A program made the position numbers and the translations under genes. The notes beneath the pieces were generated by a model that did not search any database, had not been told where the DNA came from, and saw only the letters and a program-made list of their open reading frames with translations. 7,108 nucleotides of DNA from a virus (taxonomy: Duplodnaviria; Heunggongvirae; Uroviricota; Caudoviricetes), in IMG/VR virus record IMGVR_UViG_2778261165_000002, positions 1 through 7,108 of that record; one strand, given 5' to 3'. Below are positions 1 to 6,185 of this stretch, one piece after another; the first letter of the stretch is position 1; every line of letters begins with the position of its first letter.

Positions 1-547
1 CATTGCGCCGGGAACCTGAAGCAATAAGGATTTTGTGATCGCGCATCCACGCAAACAGTTTGTTTGGACCAATTCCAACAACCTTTGCAAAGTTTCCAAT
101 CAAAATTCCGCTGGCCTCGCCAACGCGATCGGCAAACTCAACTTTAGGTGCGGCAATTGCGAGCTGGTTTTCCAGTTGCATTTTCTGCTCAGCAAGGTCA
201 GCAGCAAGGCGCAACGCTTCTGGTAGCGTTTTTGGGATATTAACCGCAGCTTCTTCAAGCTCTCGCCAACGGTCAACAAGGCGAGCCGTGAATTCCGGCG
301 ACAACTGGGCAACAACGACAATACTGTCTCGCTTACCTTGTTCGCCCTCGAAGACGTAATGCTCGTACTGAACATTGAACCCTAAGTTATTGATTCTTTC
401 GGAAACCTCAATTTGAGGAAGCCGGATAACACCATTTTTAGCCAGCGTTTCGATGGTACGTTTCACATTGTCATGACGCTTACCAACCAACTCAGCGATT
501 TCAATGCTTGTCATTTTGATGGCATTGCCATTTATTAACTCATTCAT
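1..547 (-). CDS. Phage antirepressor, Rha-like N-terminus with KilAC-like C-terminus; partial, 3' end runs off the window start
   Basis: Hand translation from the ATG at 547-545 gives [48 protein letters not shown]... continuing ...KVEFADRVGEASGILIGNFAKVVGIGPNKLFAWMRDHKILIASGSRRN with no stop before position 1. Absent from the ORF track because no stop lies in the window. The start overlaps the ninF stop (ATGAATGA) and is preceded by AGGAAG. Confidence 0.7.
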   Translation of the reverse strand, partial: MNELINGNAIKMTSIEIAELVGKRHDNVKRTIETLAKNGVIRLPQIEVSERINNLGFNVQYEHYVFEGEQGKRDSIVVVAQLSPEFTARLVDRWRELEEAAVNIPKTLPEALRLAADLAEQKMQLENQLAIAAPKVEFADRVGEASGILIGNFAKVVGIGPNKLFAWMRDHKILIASGSRRN

Positions 548-710
548 CGTCTTCTTCCTCGTACATTGAGCTATTCGGATCGCTCATCAGTTCTGCGCAG
601 CAATCGGAGCACACGTGAACTTCCAGCACATGCAGCTTCTGACCGCAGTTAGCGCACGTTAAAGCCCGCTCGACGCTTTCTTGTTCGTAACTTCGATTTT
701 GGTCAATCAC
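540..710 (-). CDS. ninF: NinF-like small zinc-ribbon protein, 56 aa, GTG start
   Basis: ORF 540..752 trimmed to the GTG at 710-708, which overlaps the ninE stop as GTGA and is preceded by GAGGAA. Contains CANCG...CSDCC cysteine pairs and an acidic tail EEEDDE. The 56-aa length and sequence match my recollection of lambda NinF. Confidence 0.55.
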   Translation of the reverse strand: MIDQNRSYEQESVERALTCANCGQKLHVLEVHVCSDCCAELMSDPNSSMYEEEDDE

Positions 711-889
711 CTTGTATTCCTCGCACGATGTCTTAGCCACCGGATATCCCACAGGTGAGCCGTGTAATTGAAGGTTTTTACGTCAGATTCTTTTGGGATT
801 GGCTTGCGTTTATTTCTGGAGCGTTTCGTTGGAAGGTATTTGCAGTTTTCGCAGATGATATCGGTGAAACTTCGTCGCTGTCGCCTCAT
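707..889 (-). CDS. ninE: NinE-like protein, 60 aa
   Basis: ORF 707..979 trimmed to the ATG at 889-887 ([60 protein letters not shown]). AGGAGG lies 5 nt upstream; the start overlaps the methyltransferase stop as ATGA. Recalled similarity to lambda NinE. Confidence 0.6.
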   Translation of the reverse strand: MRRQRRSFTDIICENCKYLPTKRSRNKRKPIPKESDVKTFNYTAHLWDIRWLRHRARNTR

Positions 890-1413
890 GCCGCCCTCCT
901 GACGCCCTGCCCGATCGCCATCAATGCCGCTTTGGATACGGTAGTAAACATCCGTCGAGGACTGATGAACGGTCGCCAAATCAGCAGCATGGAGCCTTTA
1001 CTGTTTCCCCTCTTCTCCAGCCCTGTCGATGGTTCGATAAAATTAATCCGTCCATCAGTGATAATGCGAACTTCGTCAACACTCTCCAGAGCCTTGCTGA
1101 ACCATCCGACAGACATATCCTCTGGCACAAGCATCACTACCGTCTGTCGCTGTTGTATGCACTGCTCAGCGGCTTTTTCCACCCACGGCCTGATATTGCT
1201 GTACGGTGGGTTATTCCAGATTGCACCGTGGCTTATCCACTCAGAATTGAGTGCGTCGTCGGCCTCAGTTAGCCAGTGAGCGCACAGAGCATTTTTGTCG
1301 CTCGCAGCTGAATCCAGCCAGAATCCAAACTCAATATCCAGCGCATCAAAAAGCCAAAGCGGCGTTTGCCAGCAGTCCTTGTCGTGTGCTGGTGTATTTG
1401 ATTTGATAGTCAT
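886..1413 (-). CDS. Phage Dam-type DNA N6-adenine methyltransferase, 175 aa
   Basis: NPPY motif (motif IV of N6-adenine methyltransferases) in ...[12 protein letters not shown]..., N-terminal CWQTP segment, and a size typical of phage Dam. The ATG at 1413 overlaps the ninB stop as ATGA. Confidence 0.8.
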   Translation of the reverse strand: MTIKSNTPAHDKDCWQTPLWLFDALDIEFGFWLDSAASDKNALCAHWLTEADDALNSEWISHGAIWNNPPYSNIRPWVEKAAEQCIQQRQTVVMLVPEDMSVGWFSKALESVDEVRIITDGRINFIEPSTGLEKRGNSKGSMLLIWRPFISPRRMFTTVSKAALMAIGQGVRRAA

Positions 1414-1856
1414 GCAGCCCTACCTTTTCGTTGTGACCATTCATACTCTCGCCGGGAGTCATCACTCCACCGCACGTTGCGCTCTGAGCCGAACCAGAAC
1501 ATGATTTCGATAAGCTCAGTCATGCTGGCCTTTCGCATTTTGCTGGTACGCACGCCAAGCATGACAACGCCACCATCGATACCAGGCACACTTCGTTGCT
1601 CCAGTTTTTTGGTCTTAAGCCACAGGGCAGTGAACAGGTCTTTCCAGTCCTCCGGCGCAAGTCTCTGTCCATGCCATAGCACCTGACGCGAAACATCGTT
1701 CAGCATCGGCCACATACGGTCATTCTGCGCTTTGCTGCGCTTGGGTTCTTTAACGTGGACTTCGTGGGGTGACTTGTCGTCGATGGGTAGTGAGAGAATG
1801 GCGTCTATGGCGTTATTTCTGATTGCTTCGTTGCGAAGCAGAAAGGTTTGCTTCAT
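1410..1856 (-). CDS. ninB: NinB (Orf-family recombination mediator), 148 aa
   Basis: ORF 1410..1958 trimmed to the ATG at 1856 (MKQTFLLRNEAIRNNAIDAIL...), preceded by GGAGAG. Colinear with recalled lambda NinB, including DVSRQV, GxRMxxxExxELxExxxxFGxERxVxWSD and a C-terminal RAA. Confidence 0.8.
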   Translation of the reverse strand: MKQTFLLRNEAIRNNAIDAILSLPIDDKSPHEVHVKEPKRSKAQNDRMWPMLNDVSRQVLWHGQRLAPEDWKDLFTALWLKTKKLEQRSVPGIDGGVVMLGVRTSKMRKASMTELIEIMFWFGSERNVRWSDDSRREYEWSQRKGRAA

Positions 1857-2049
1857 CTCCTGCTCTCCGGTTCCATTTTTCAGCCGCCGCAGCAACTGAT
1901 GGTGCCCATGCCCCCCTGGCTTCACAGAGGTCACATTCTGCATAGCCCCACACATCAATATTTATTCCGGCCTCAACCCACAGACGAGCATTACCGCCGC
2001 AAAACGGACATTCTTTTAGCTTTGGCTGGGTTAATGATAGGTCGCTCAT
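1813..2049 (-). CDS. Lar-family restriction alleviation protein (zinc ribbon), 78 aa
   Basis: ORF 1813..2055 trimmed to the ATG at 2049, with AAGGAG 5 nt upstream. CPFCGG...(24 aa)...CDLC zinc ribbon followed by AAAAEKWNRRA, matching the Lar family pattern CPFCG...C..C...A..WNRR. The 3' end overlaps the ninB start by 44 nt. Confidence 0.55.
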   Translation of the reverse strand: MSDLSLTQPKLKECPFCGGNARLWVEAGINIDVWGYAECDLCEARGAWAPSVAAAAEKWNRRAGDEANLSASQRSNQK

Positions 2050-2059
2050 GCTCACTCCT

Positions 2060-2275
2060 TCACTTTAAATCCAGACTCCGGATAATTCTGTTGCGCTGAA
2101 ACTCATTGTTGAGTTTGAACAACCGTCGAAGAACACGGTCACGCGGATAGCGTCGTGCGGCAGGTGAATGCTCATACAACTCATCAAGCGGCAAACTGGA
2201 CGATGAACGATACCGATACCAACGCACCAACTCTTCACGAAAATTAGCCCTGGCAAGCTCAGCTATCGTACTCAT
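2060..2275 (-). CDS. Hypothetical protein, 71 aa, arginine-rich
   Basis: ORF with ATG start and GGAGG about 9 nt upstream, in a tight same-strand gene array. No family recognised. Confidence 0.5.
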   Translation of the reverse strand: MSTIAELARANFREELVRWYRYRSSSSLPLDELYEHSPAARRYPRDRVLRRLFKLNNEFQRNRIIRSLDLK

Positions 2276-2405
2276 TTCTTAAAACCTCCTCAAACGCATT
2301 CTGACGCATTTTTCATTCTCGCTGCATTGGCATGCCTTGCACGCGTTTACCTCGCTACAGAGCGATTGTGATGCCTTAAAAGCGATTTATTGAAGTGATA
2401 TTTGC

Positions 2406-2738
2406 TTAATCGAAATTCTTTTCTTTGATTCCTGCGACCCTGATGGCTTTCATTACTGCAATTACCGTTTTGTCACGCCCATCCTCATAACCCATCGCAT
2501 AAGCACCTTCTTCACCATCTTTCCAAAAGTCGTCATTCGATTCGGGCCAGTCGATATCCAGTTCAATAGCTGCTCGCGATGCCTGCCATAAAGTCCACCA
2601 CTCATTTAAGGAGTGACGAATATCCATGCTTGAAAATGCGAAGTACCTATCACCATTTCTTGCCTCGGTTATCATCTCGAATGGTAATTTCAATTTTTTG
2701 GCAACGTATTCCTCAAACTGCTTTCTTGATTCGTCCAT
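2406..2738 (-). CDS. Hypothetical protein, 110 aa, acidic and Trp-rich
   Basis: ORF with ATG start and GAGGGT upstream, 17 nt after the preceding stop. No family recognised. Confidence 0.6.
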   Translation of the reverse strand: MDESRKQFEEYVAKKLKLPFEMITEARNGDRYFAFSSMDIRHSLNEWWTLWQASRAAIELDIDWPESNDDFWKDGEEGAYAMGYEDGRDKTVIAVMKAIRVAGIKEKNFD

Positions 2739-2755
2739 CGATACTTACCCTCAGT

Positions 2756-2962
2756 TCAACTCACAAAACGCCACGCCATTTTTGCTACAGCGACAGGCGC
2801 AACACCGATAATCACCCACAGGAGAATGCTACCGAAAATCACACCCACCAGGTCTTTACCTTCGCCTACCAACCGGACAAAACTGCTGGCAACCACAATG
2901 AACGTCGCCACCATCCACATAGCACCGAGAATCCTCAATGCAGAGAAAATTAACTCAGCCAC
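2756..2962 (-). CDS. Small membrane protein, 68 aa, two predicted transmembrane helices, GTG start
   Basis: Hydrophobic stretches ILGAMWMVATFIVVASSFV and LVGVIFGSILLWVIIGVAPVAV. GTG start preceded by GGGGAGAG, overlapping the stop of the upstream 27-aa ORF. Confidence 0.45.
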   Translation of the reverse strand: MAELIFSALRILGAMWMVATFIVVASSFVRLVGEGKDLVGVIFGSILLWVIIGVAPVAVAKMAWRFVS

Positions 2963-3038
2963 GATTTACTCTCCCCAAAATAAAAAGGCCTGCGATTACC
3001 AGCAGACCTGTTACAAGCTCAGTGATGTAGATGGTCAT
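2955..3038 (-). CDS. Candidate 27-aa hydrophobic peptide (MTIYITELVTGLLVIAGLFILGRVNRG)
   Basis: Its ATG overlaps the helicase stop as TGATG, with AGGAGG 6 nt upstream inside the helicase 3' end. One predicted transmembrane helix. Below the ORF-track size cutoff, so found by hand translation. Confidence 0.3.
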   Translation of the reverse strand: MTIYITELVTGLLVIAGLFILGRVNRG

Positions 3039-4474
3039 CAGAATCCTCCTTTCTTCTTGGACTGCGGTTCCTCGCGTTCACGGCGGCGCATTTCAGCAGA
3101 CTGTTGGTCTGTGTCATAAATAGCGCCATTTGCCTGAATGCAATACACCGTGCCGGTATTGCCATGACGATTGAGACGAAGGATTAGTTCGGTTTCACCA
3201 GGTGGAACACTGTCATCAAAAGCACCTTCACGATGGATCCCCACCCAATAATCGCAATCCTGTTCAATCTGCCCTGTATCGCGCGAGTCACTTGGTAATG
3301 GGCGTTTATTGGTTCGGCTTTCCAGTGCGCGGTTAAGCTGTGTCAGAAGCACAACAACGCAATCAAGCTCTTTGGCAAGGTTCTTCAGTCCTTTGGTGAT
3401 CATGCCGTAAGCAAGGTCGTTGCGATCGGCCTTTTCAGCGGTCATTAGTGTCAGGTAATCGACCAGAATCATGCCAACACATCCTTTTTCTCGCTTGATT
3501 CGACGGCTTTCGCTGACGATTTGAGCCAGAGATAATCCCGGCGTGTCGTCGATGTAAAGCAGGTCGATTTCACTCAAGCGATTGGCTGTTTCGATCGCCC
3601 TGTTGAAGTCACCATCGTAATCACCCTGATAGCCGTCATCAGCGTCATTTGTCGCCGGAATGTAAAAAATATTCGGGTTAACACCTGACTTCTGTCCTAC
3701 CAGCTTTTCCAGTATCTGGTCGCCTGGCATTTCAAGACTGAACATCAGAGCGGGCTTTTTCTCATGCACTGCGCAGTTGATTGCCATCTGGCTGTATAGC
3801 GTCGTTTTCCCCATCTTAGGGCGAGCGCCAATGACGAACAGAGAGCCTTTCACCAGACCTTTCGGTGACAGCATCCTGTCCAGAGATGGGATCCCTGTGC
3901 TCATTCCTCGTTGTTCGCCTGACGGGTCAAATCGCTTCTCAAGGTCGCTAACCCAGTCTTCCATGACCTCACCAAATGAGCGAAGGCCGCGACGCGATCC
4001 GGTTTTTGCATGGTCTGTCAGTTGCGTGAAAATCGCCTGAATAGCTTCGTACTTCTGCGTCGCAGTCATTCCGTTGCGGGAATAGAGCAATTCCGTCGCT
4101 TCAGTCATGCGGTTGATGGCGTAGCGTTCCATTGCGGTTTCACGAACCTGCATTGCATAGGCAACGATGTTTGCTGCGCTTGGCGTGTTCTTTGCGATCT
4201 CAGCGATATAAGCAAAACCGCCAACAGACGCCGTTAACGATTTGCGCTCCAGTTCATCGAAAAGCGTCAGCCCATCTACTGGCTTTTGCTCCCGGTGCAT
4301 TCTGGTTATTTCTTCGAAAAGGATTTTGTGTGGTCGGCTGTAAAATGAATCAGGCTTCAGCATCGCCAGAACTTTCCGGACGCGCTCACTGCTGTCATCA
4401 TCCAGAAGCAATCCACCAATCACCGCCTGCTCTGCCTCGATGCTATGGGGCGGCGCATAAAAATTATCGGTCAT
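3038..4474 (-). CDS. DnaB-family replicative DNA helicase, 478 aa
   Basis: DnaB-like N-terminal domain (IEAEQAVIGGLLLDD), Walker A GARPKMGKT, Walker B-like ILVDYLTLM. ORF 3038..4489 trimmed to the ATG at 4474 (GAGGG upstream); the ORF-track start at 4489 is a GTG. Confidence 0.9.
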   Translation of the reverse strand: MTDNFYAPPHSIEAEQAVIGGLLLDDDSSERVRKVLAMLKPDSFYSRPHKILFEEITRMHREQKPVDGLTLFDELERKSLTASVGGFAYIAEIAKNTPSAANIVAYAMQVRETAMERYAINRMTEATELLYSRNGMTATQKYEAIQAIFTQLTDHAKTGSRRGLRSFGEVMEDWVSDLEKRFDPSGEQRGMSTGIPSLDRMLSPKGLVKGSLFVIGARPKMGKTTLYSQMAINCAVHEKKPALMFSLEMPGDQILEKLVGQKSGVNPNIFYIPATNDADDGYQGDYDGDFNRAIETANRLSEIDLLYIDDTPGLSLAQIVSESRRIKREKGCVGMILVDYLTLMTAEKADRNDLAYGMITKGLKNLAKELDCVVVLLTQLNRALESRTNKRPLPSDSRDTGQIEQDCDYWVGIHREGAFDDSVPPGETELILRLNRHGNTGTVYCIQANGAIYDTDQQSAEMRRREREEPQSKKKGGF

Positions 4475-5363
4475 CGTGTTCACCCTCACGAACTTTCAGG
4501 TAGGTATTGTCGTTAAGCAGGAAATCAAATCCCTTTTTGTGCCAGACGGTTCCGCGTTGATGGTTTGGGCGTTCTTCGAACATCCATCGGCAATTTTCGC
4601 CTACGTAGATCAAATAATTTCTCCAGTCCTGCATCGTGAACCCATGCCCGTCAAGCTGGCGGGTTATCACTCCGGCTTTGCGCCAGAACGTTCGGATCTG
4701 GTTTTTACGCTTGTCATTCAGTGCGCGGATTTTTGGCGCTTCAGGAAGGATTTCGTGGTAAGCATCGACAACATCCTGACAGCTAACGGAAGTTTTTTTC
4801 TTGTCAGACTTTTTGTCTGCTGTGGCACTCTCTAATACGTCAGTATTAGAGATAATATTATTATATTCTTTATCTGTGGTAATTTGCTGGTAATCTGCTG
4901 GTACAGTATTGCTTACAGGCATTGGTATTGCTGGCTTTGAGGTGGTAATTTGCTGGTAATCTGCTGGTACAAAATTTGACTGATAATCGTCATATTTCTC
5001 TACCGAGAAAACTGAGAATTTACCGTGTGAAACCCAGTCAATCATGCCGAGTTTTTTGAACTTTCTAAGCAGGTACTGAACGCGATCTGGTTTGAGTCCT
5101 GTTTCAAACGCCAGAGAGTTTCTACCGCCAAGTAGCTTCCCTCTGCCTACCAGAATTTCTCCTGCGTCAGTCATTACATACTCAGGCGTATGCTTTGCTT
5201 TGAGGATTAAGTGAACCCACAGATGCGCTGCTTCTGCGTCCTTGTAAAACGGCACATCCATAATTTTACGGTGCAGCAAGGCATACCCCTTACCGCTGCT
5301 TTGATGCGGTTGTTGTAGCCTTCTGGCCTCTCTGGCTTCGGCTAGATTAGATATGTTACTCAT
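4464..5363 (-). CDS. Replication initiation protein (lambda O functional analogue, non-lambda sequence), 299 aa
   Basis: Sits between cII and the helicase. Strong RBS AAGGAG 7 nt before the ATG. Iteron-like direct repeats lie inside the coding sequence and encode a duplicated [10 protein letters not shown] peptide. Stop overlaps the helicase start by 11 nt. Confidence 0.7.
   Translation of the reverse strand: MSNISNLAEAREARRLQQPHQSSGKGYALLHRKIMDVPFYKDAEAAHLWVHLILKAKHTPEYVMTDAGEILVGRGKLLGGRNSLAFETGLKPDRVQYLLRKFKKLGMIDWVSHGKFSVFSVEKYDDYQSNFVPADYQQITTSKPAIPMPVSNTVPADYQQITTDKEYNNIISNTDVLESATADKKSDKKKTSVSCQDVVDAYHEILPEAPKIRALNDKRKNQIRTFWRKAGVITRQLDGHGFTMQDWRNYLIYVGENCRWMFEERPNHQRGTVWHKKGFDFLLNDNTYLKVREGEHDDR
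4876..4971. repeat. Putative replication origin iterons inside the initiator gene
   Basis: Two identical 30-bp direct repeats (4876..4905 and 4942..4971), each with two copies of TGCTGGTA spaced 11 bp apart, plus a degenerate copy near 4929. An AT-rich tract (about 4840..4875) adjoins on the downstream side relative to the initiator gene. Confidence 0.6.
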
Positions 5364-5502
5364 GACCTTTCTCCTTCTGCATCAGCTTCACTTTTTCCAA
5401 CTCAGCCCGGAATCGACCAGGCTGCTTGAAGCTGGACAGGAAGCGATCACGTAGTATGTGTTTGTGAATTTTGTCCTGGTAAGGACTGAGTTGTTTTGTC
5501 AT
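5356..5502 (-). CDS. Hypothetical 48-aa protein at the position of the lambda O start
   Basis: Hand translation gives [53 protein letters not shown] lies 5 nt before the ATG in the sequence context I recall for the lambda O start (CAGGAGTNATTATGACAAA). Its stop overlaps the initiator start, and it is in a different frame from the initiator. Confidence 0.4.
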   Translation of the reverse strand: MTKQLSPYQDKIHKHILRDRFLSSFKQPGRFRAELEKVKLMQKEKGHE

Positions 5503-5512
5503 AATTACTCCT

Positions 5513-5591
5513 GTGGATTGATCCAGTAATTCCCTCAGAATTCCATCTGGATTTGTTCAGAACGCTCGGTTGCCGCCGGGCGTTTTTTATT
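5513..5591 (+). ncRNA. oop: oop antisense RNA (about 79 nt), overlapping the cII 3' end
   Basis: Plus-strand sequence GTGGATTGATCCAGTAATTCCCTCAGAATTCCATCTGGATTTGTTCAGAACGCTCGGTTGCCGCCGGGCGTTTTTTATT closely matches recalled lambda oop. A CATAAT -10 element lies at 5500..5505. Confidence 0.7.
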
Positions 5592-5828
5592 GGTGAGAAT
5601 CGAAGCAACTTGTCGTGCCAATCGAGCCATATCGTCGTCAACGACGCCCCATTCAAGAACAGCAAGCAGCATTGAGAACTTTGGAATCCAGTCCCTCTTC
5701 CACCTGCTGATCTGCGACTTATCAACTCCAACAGCTTCCGCTGTCTTCTCAGTTCCAAGCATTGCGATTTTGTTAAGCAACGCACTCTCGATTCTTAGAG
5801 CCTCGTTGCGTTTGTTTGCACGAACCAT
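5535..5828 (-). CDS. cII: Transcriptional activator CII, 97 aa
   Basis: [97 protein letters not shown] is essentially recalled lambda CII. RBS and start context TAAGGAAATACTTACATATG as in lambda. The ORF-track N-terminal extension from 5915 is rejected. Confidence 0.92.
   Translation of the reverse strand: MVRANKRNEALRIESALLNKIAMLGTEKTAEAVGVDKSQISRWKRDWIPKFSMLLAVLEWGVVDDDMARLARQVASILTNKKRPAATERSEQIQMEF
5563..5591 (+). terminator. Intrinsic terminator of oop (tO-like)
   Basis: Stem CGCTCGG / CCGGGCG (one G-U pair) with loop TTGCCG, followed by TTTTTTATT. Confidence 0.7.
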
Positions 5829-5838
5829 ATGTAAGTAT
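5806..5838 (+). promoter_or_regulatory. pRE-like CII-dependent promoter directed toward cI
   Basis: TTGC-N6-TTGC CII-binding repeats at 5806..5819 inside cII codons 3-7, with AAGTAT at 5833..5838 as the -10. Arrangement as in lambda pRE. Confidence 0.7.
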
Positions 5839-5861
5839 TTCCTTAACAAATAAGAAGTTAT

Positions 5862-5879
5862 GCGCATCAACTTATGCGC
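5862..5879 (-). terminator. Possible tR1-region hairpin between nutR and cII
   Basis: 6-bp stem GCGCAU / AUGCGC with a 6-nt loop, followed by a moderately U-rich tract (AUAACUUCUUAUUUGUU). Weak as an intrinsic terminator; lambda tR1 is Rho-dependent. Confidence 0.3.
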
Positions 5880-5884
5880 GTTGT

Positions 5885-5930
5885 ATTCCCGCATTTCGGC
5901 GGGAATGAGGACCATGACTGTTAAAGAGCG
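5885..5930 (-). promoter_or_regulatory. nutR-like site (boxA plus boxB hairpin)
   Basis: On the transcribed strand, boxA CGCTCTTTAACAG (5918..5930) lies just after the cro stop. It is followed by a hairpin ATTCCCGC-CGAAAT-GCGGGAAT (5885..5906) whose loop contains GAAA. Confidence 0.6.
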
Positions 5931-5937
5931 GTGTTAC

Positions 5938-6162
5938 TTATGCTGCCTGATTCGGTTTTGGAAACAGGTGTGGCAAATCGGGGCGAATTTCGTAAGCCTT
6001 GATCTGCCCTCCAGTGGCGTTAACGATGGCGGTAACTTTCTCTGGAGAGACCAATCCGCCTTTCAGCCATTTGTGTACTGCTGGCTGCGTTACACCACAC
6101 TTGTCGGCAAGGCGCTTTTGGCTACCGACAATTTTCAAGGCTCGTTGAATTACTAAATTCAT
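5938..6162 (-). CDS. cro: Cro-type repressor, 74 aa
   Basis: Divergent from the repressor gene and immediately downstream of the operator/pR region. AAGAGG 7 nt before the ATG at 6162. HTH-like segment QKRLADKCGVTQPAVHKWLKGG and a C-terminal tail resembling lambda Cro (LFPKPNQAA versus PFPSNKKTTA). Confidence 0.75.
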   Translation of the reverse strand: MNLVIQRALKIVGSQKRLADKCGVTQPAVHKWLKGGLVSPEKVTAIVNATGGQIKAYEIRPDLPHLFPKPNQAA

Positions 6163-6185
6163 GAGCATACCTCTTGTGGTCATTA

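Noticed and set aside
35-359. Plus-strand ORFs 35..226 and 60..359, and minus-strand ORF 100..375
   Set aside because: All lie inside the antirepressor coding region, antisense or in another frame, and give low-complexity translations.
711-752. Longer ninF beginning at 752 or 740
   Set aside because: Both are GTG codons without an SD, and both overlap ninE by more than 30 nt. The GTG at 710 has GAGGAA upstream and gives the expected 56 aa.
755-1279. 174-aa plus-strand ORF
   Set aside because: Entirely antisense to the methyltransferase and ninE genes. No RBS and no recognisable domain; an out-of-frame shadow of the minus-strand genes.
1295-2099. Plus-strand ORFs 1295..1504, 1477..1686 and 1848..2099
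   Set aside because: Antisense to ninB and the Lar-like gene; no start context; shadow ORFs.
2065-2256. 63-aa minus-strand ORF
   Set aside because: Alternate frame almost fully inside the 71-aa ORF (2060..2275), which has the better RBS and fits the gene array.
2579-3119. Plus-strand ORFs 2579..2953, 2626..2811 and 2826..3119
   Set aside because: Antisense to the 110-aa, 68-aa and helicase genes; His/Pro/Thr-rich translations typical of off-frame reading.
3777-4835. Plus-strand ORFs 3777..4040, 4010..4237, 4132..4503 and 4476..4835
   Set aside because: Antisense to the helicase and initiator genes, which carry clear motifs.
5447-5785. 112-aa minus-strand ORF
   Set aside because: Alternate frame spanning cII and the cII-orf48 intergenic region. 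cII is unambiguous, and the region is also occupied by oop on the other strand.
5829-5915. N-terminal extension of cII in the ORF track (start at 5915)
   Set aside because: The extension would read through the tR1/nutR region. The ATG at 5828 has the lambda cII RBS context and gives the 97-aa protein.
5590-6156. Plus-strand ORFs 5590..5853 and 5860..6156
   Set aside because: Antisense to cII and cro. The plus strand here is expected to carry the pRE transcript, not a coding gene.
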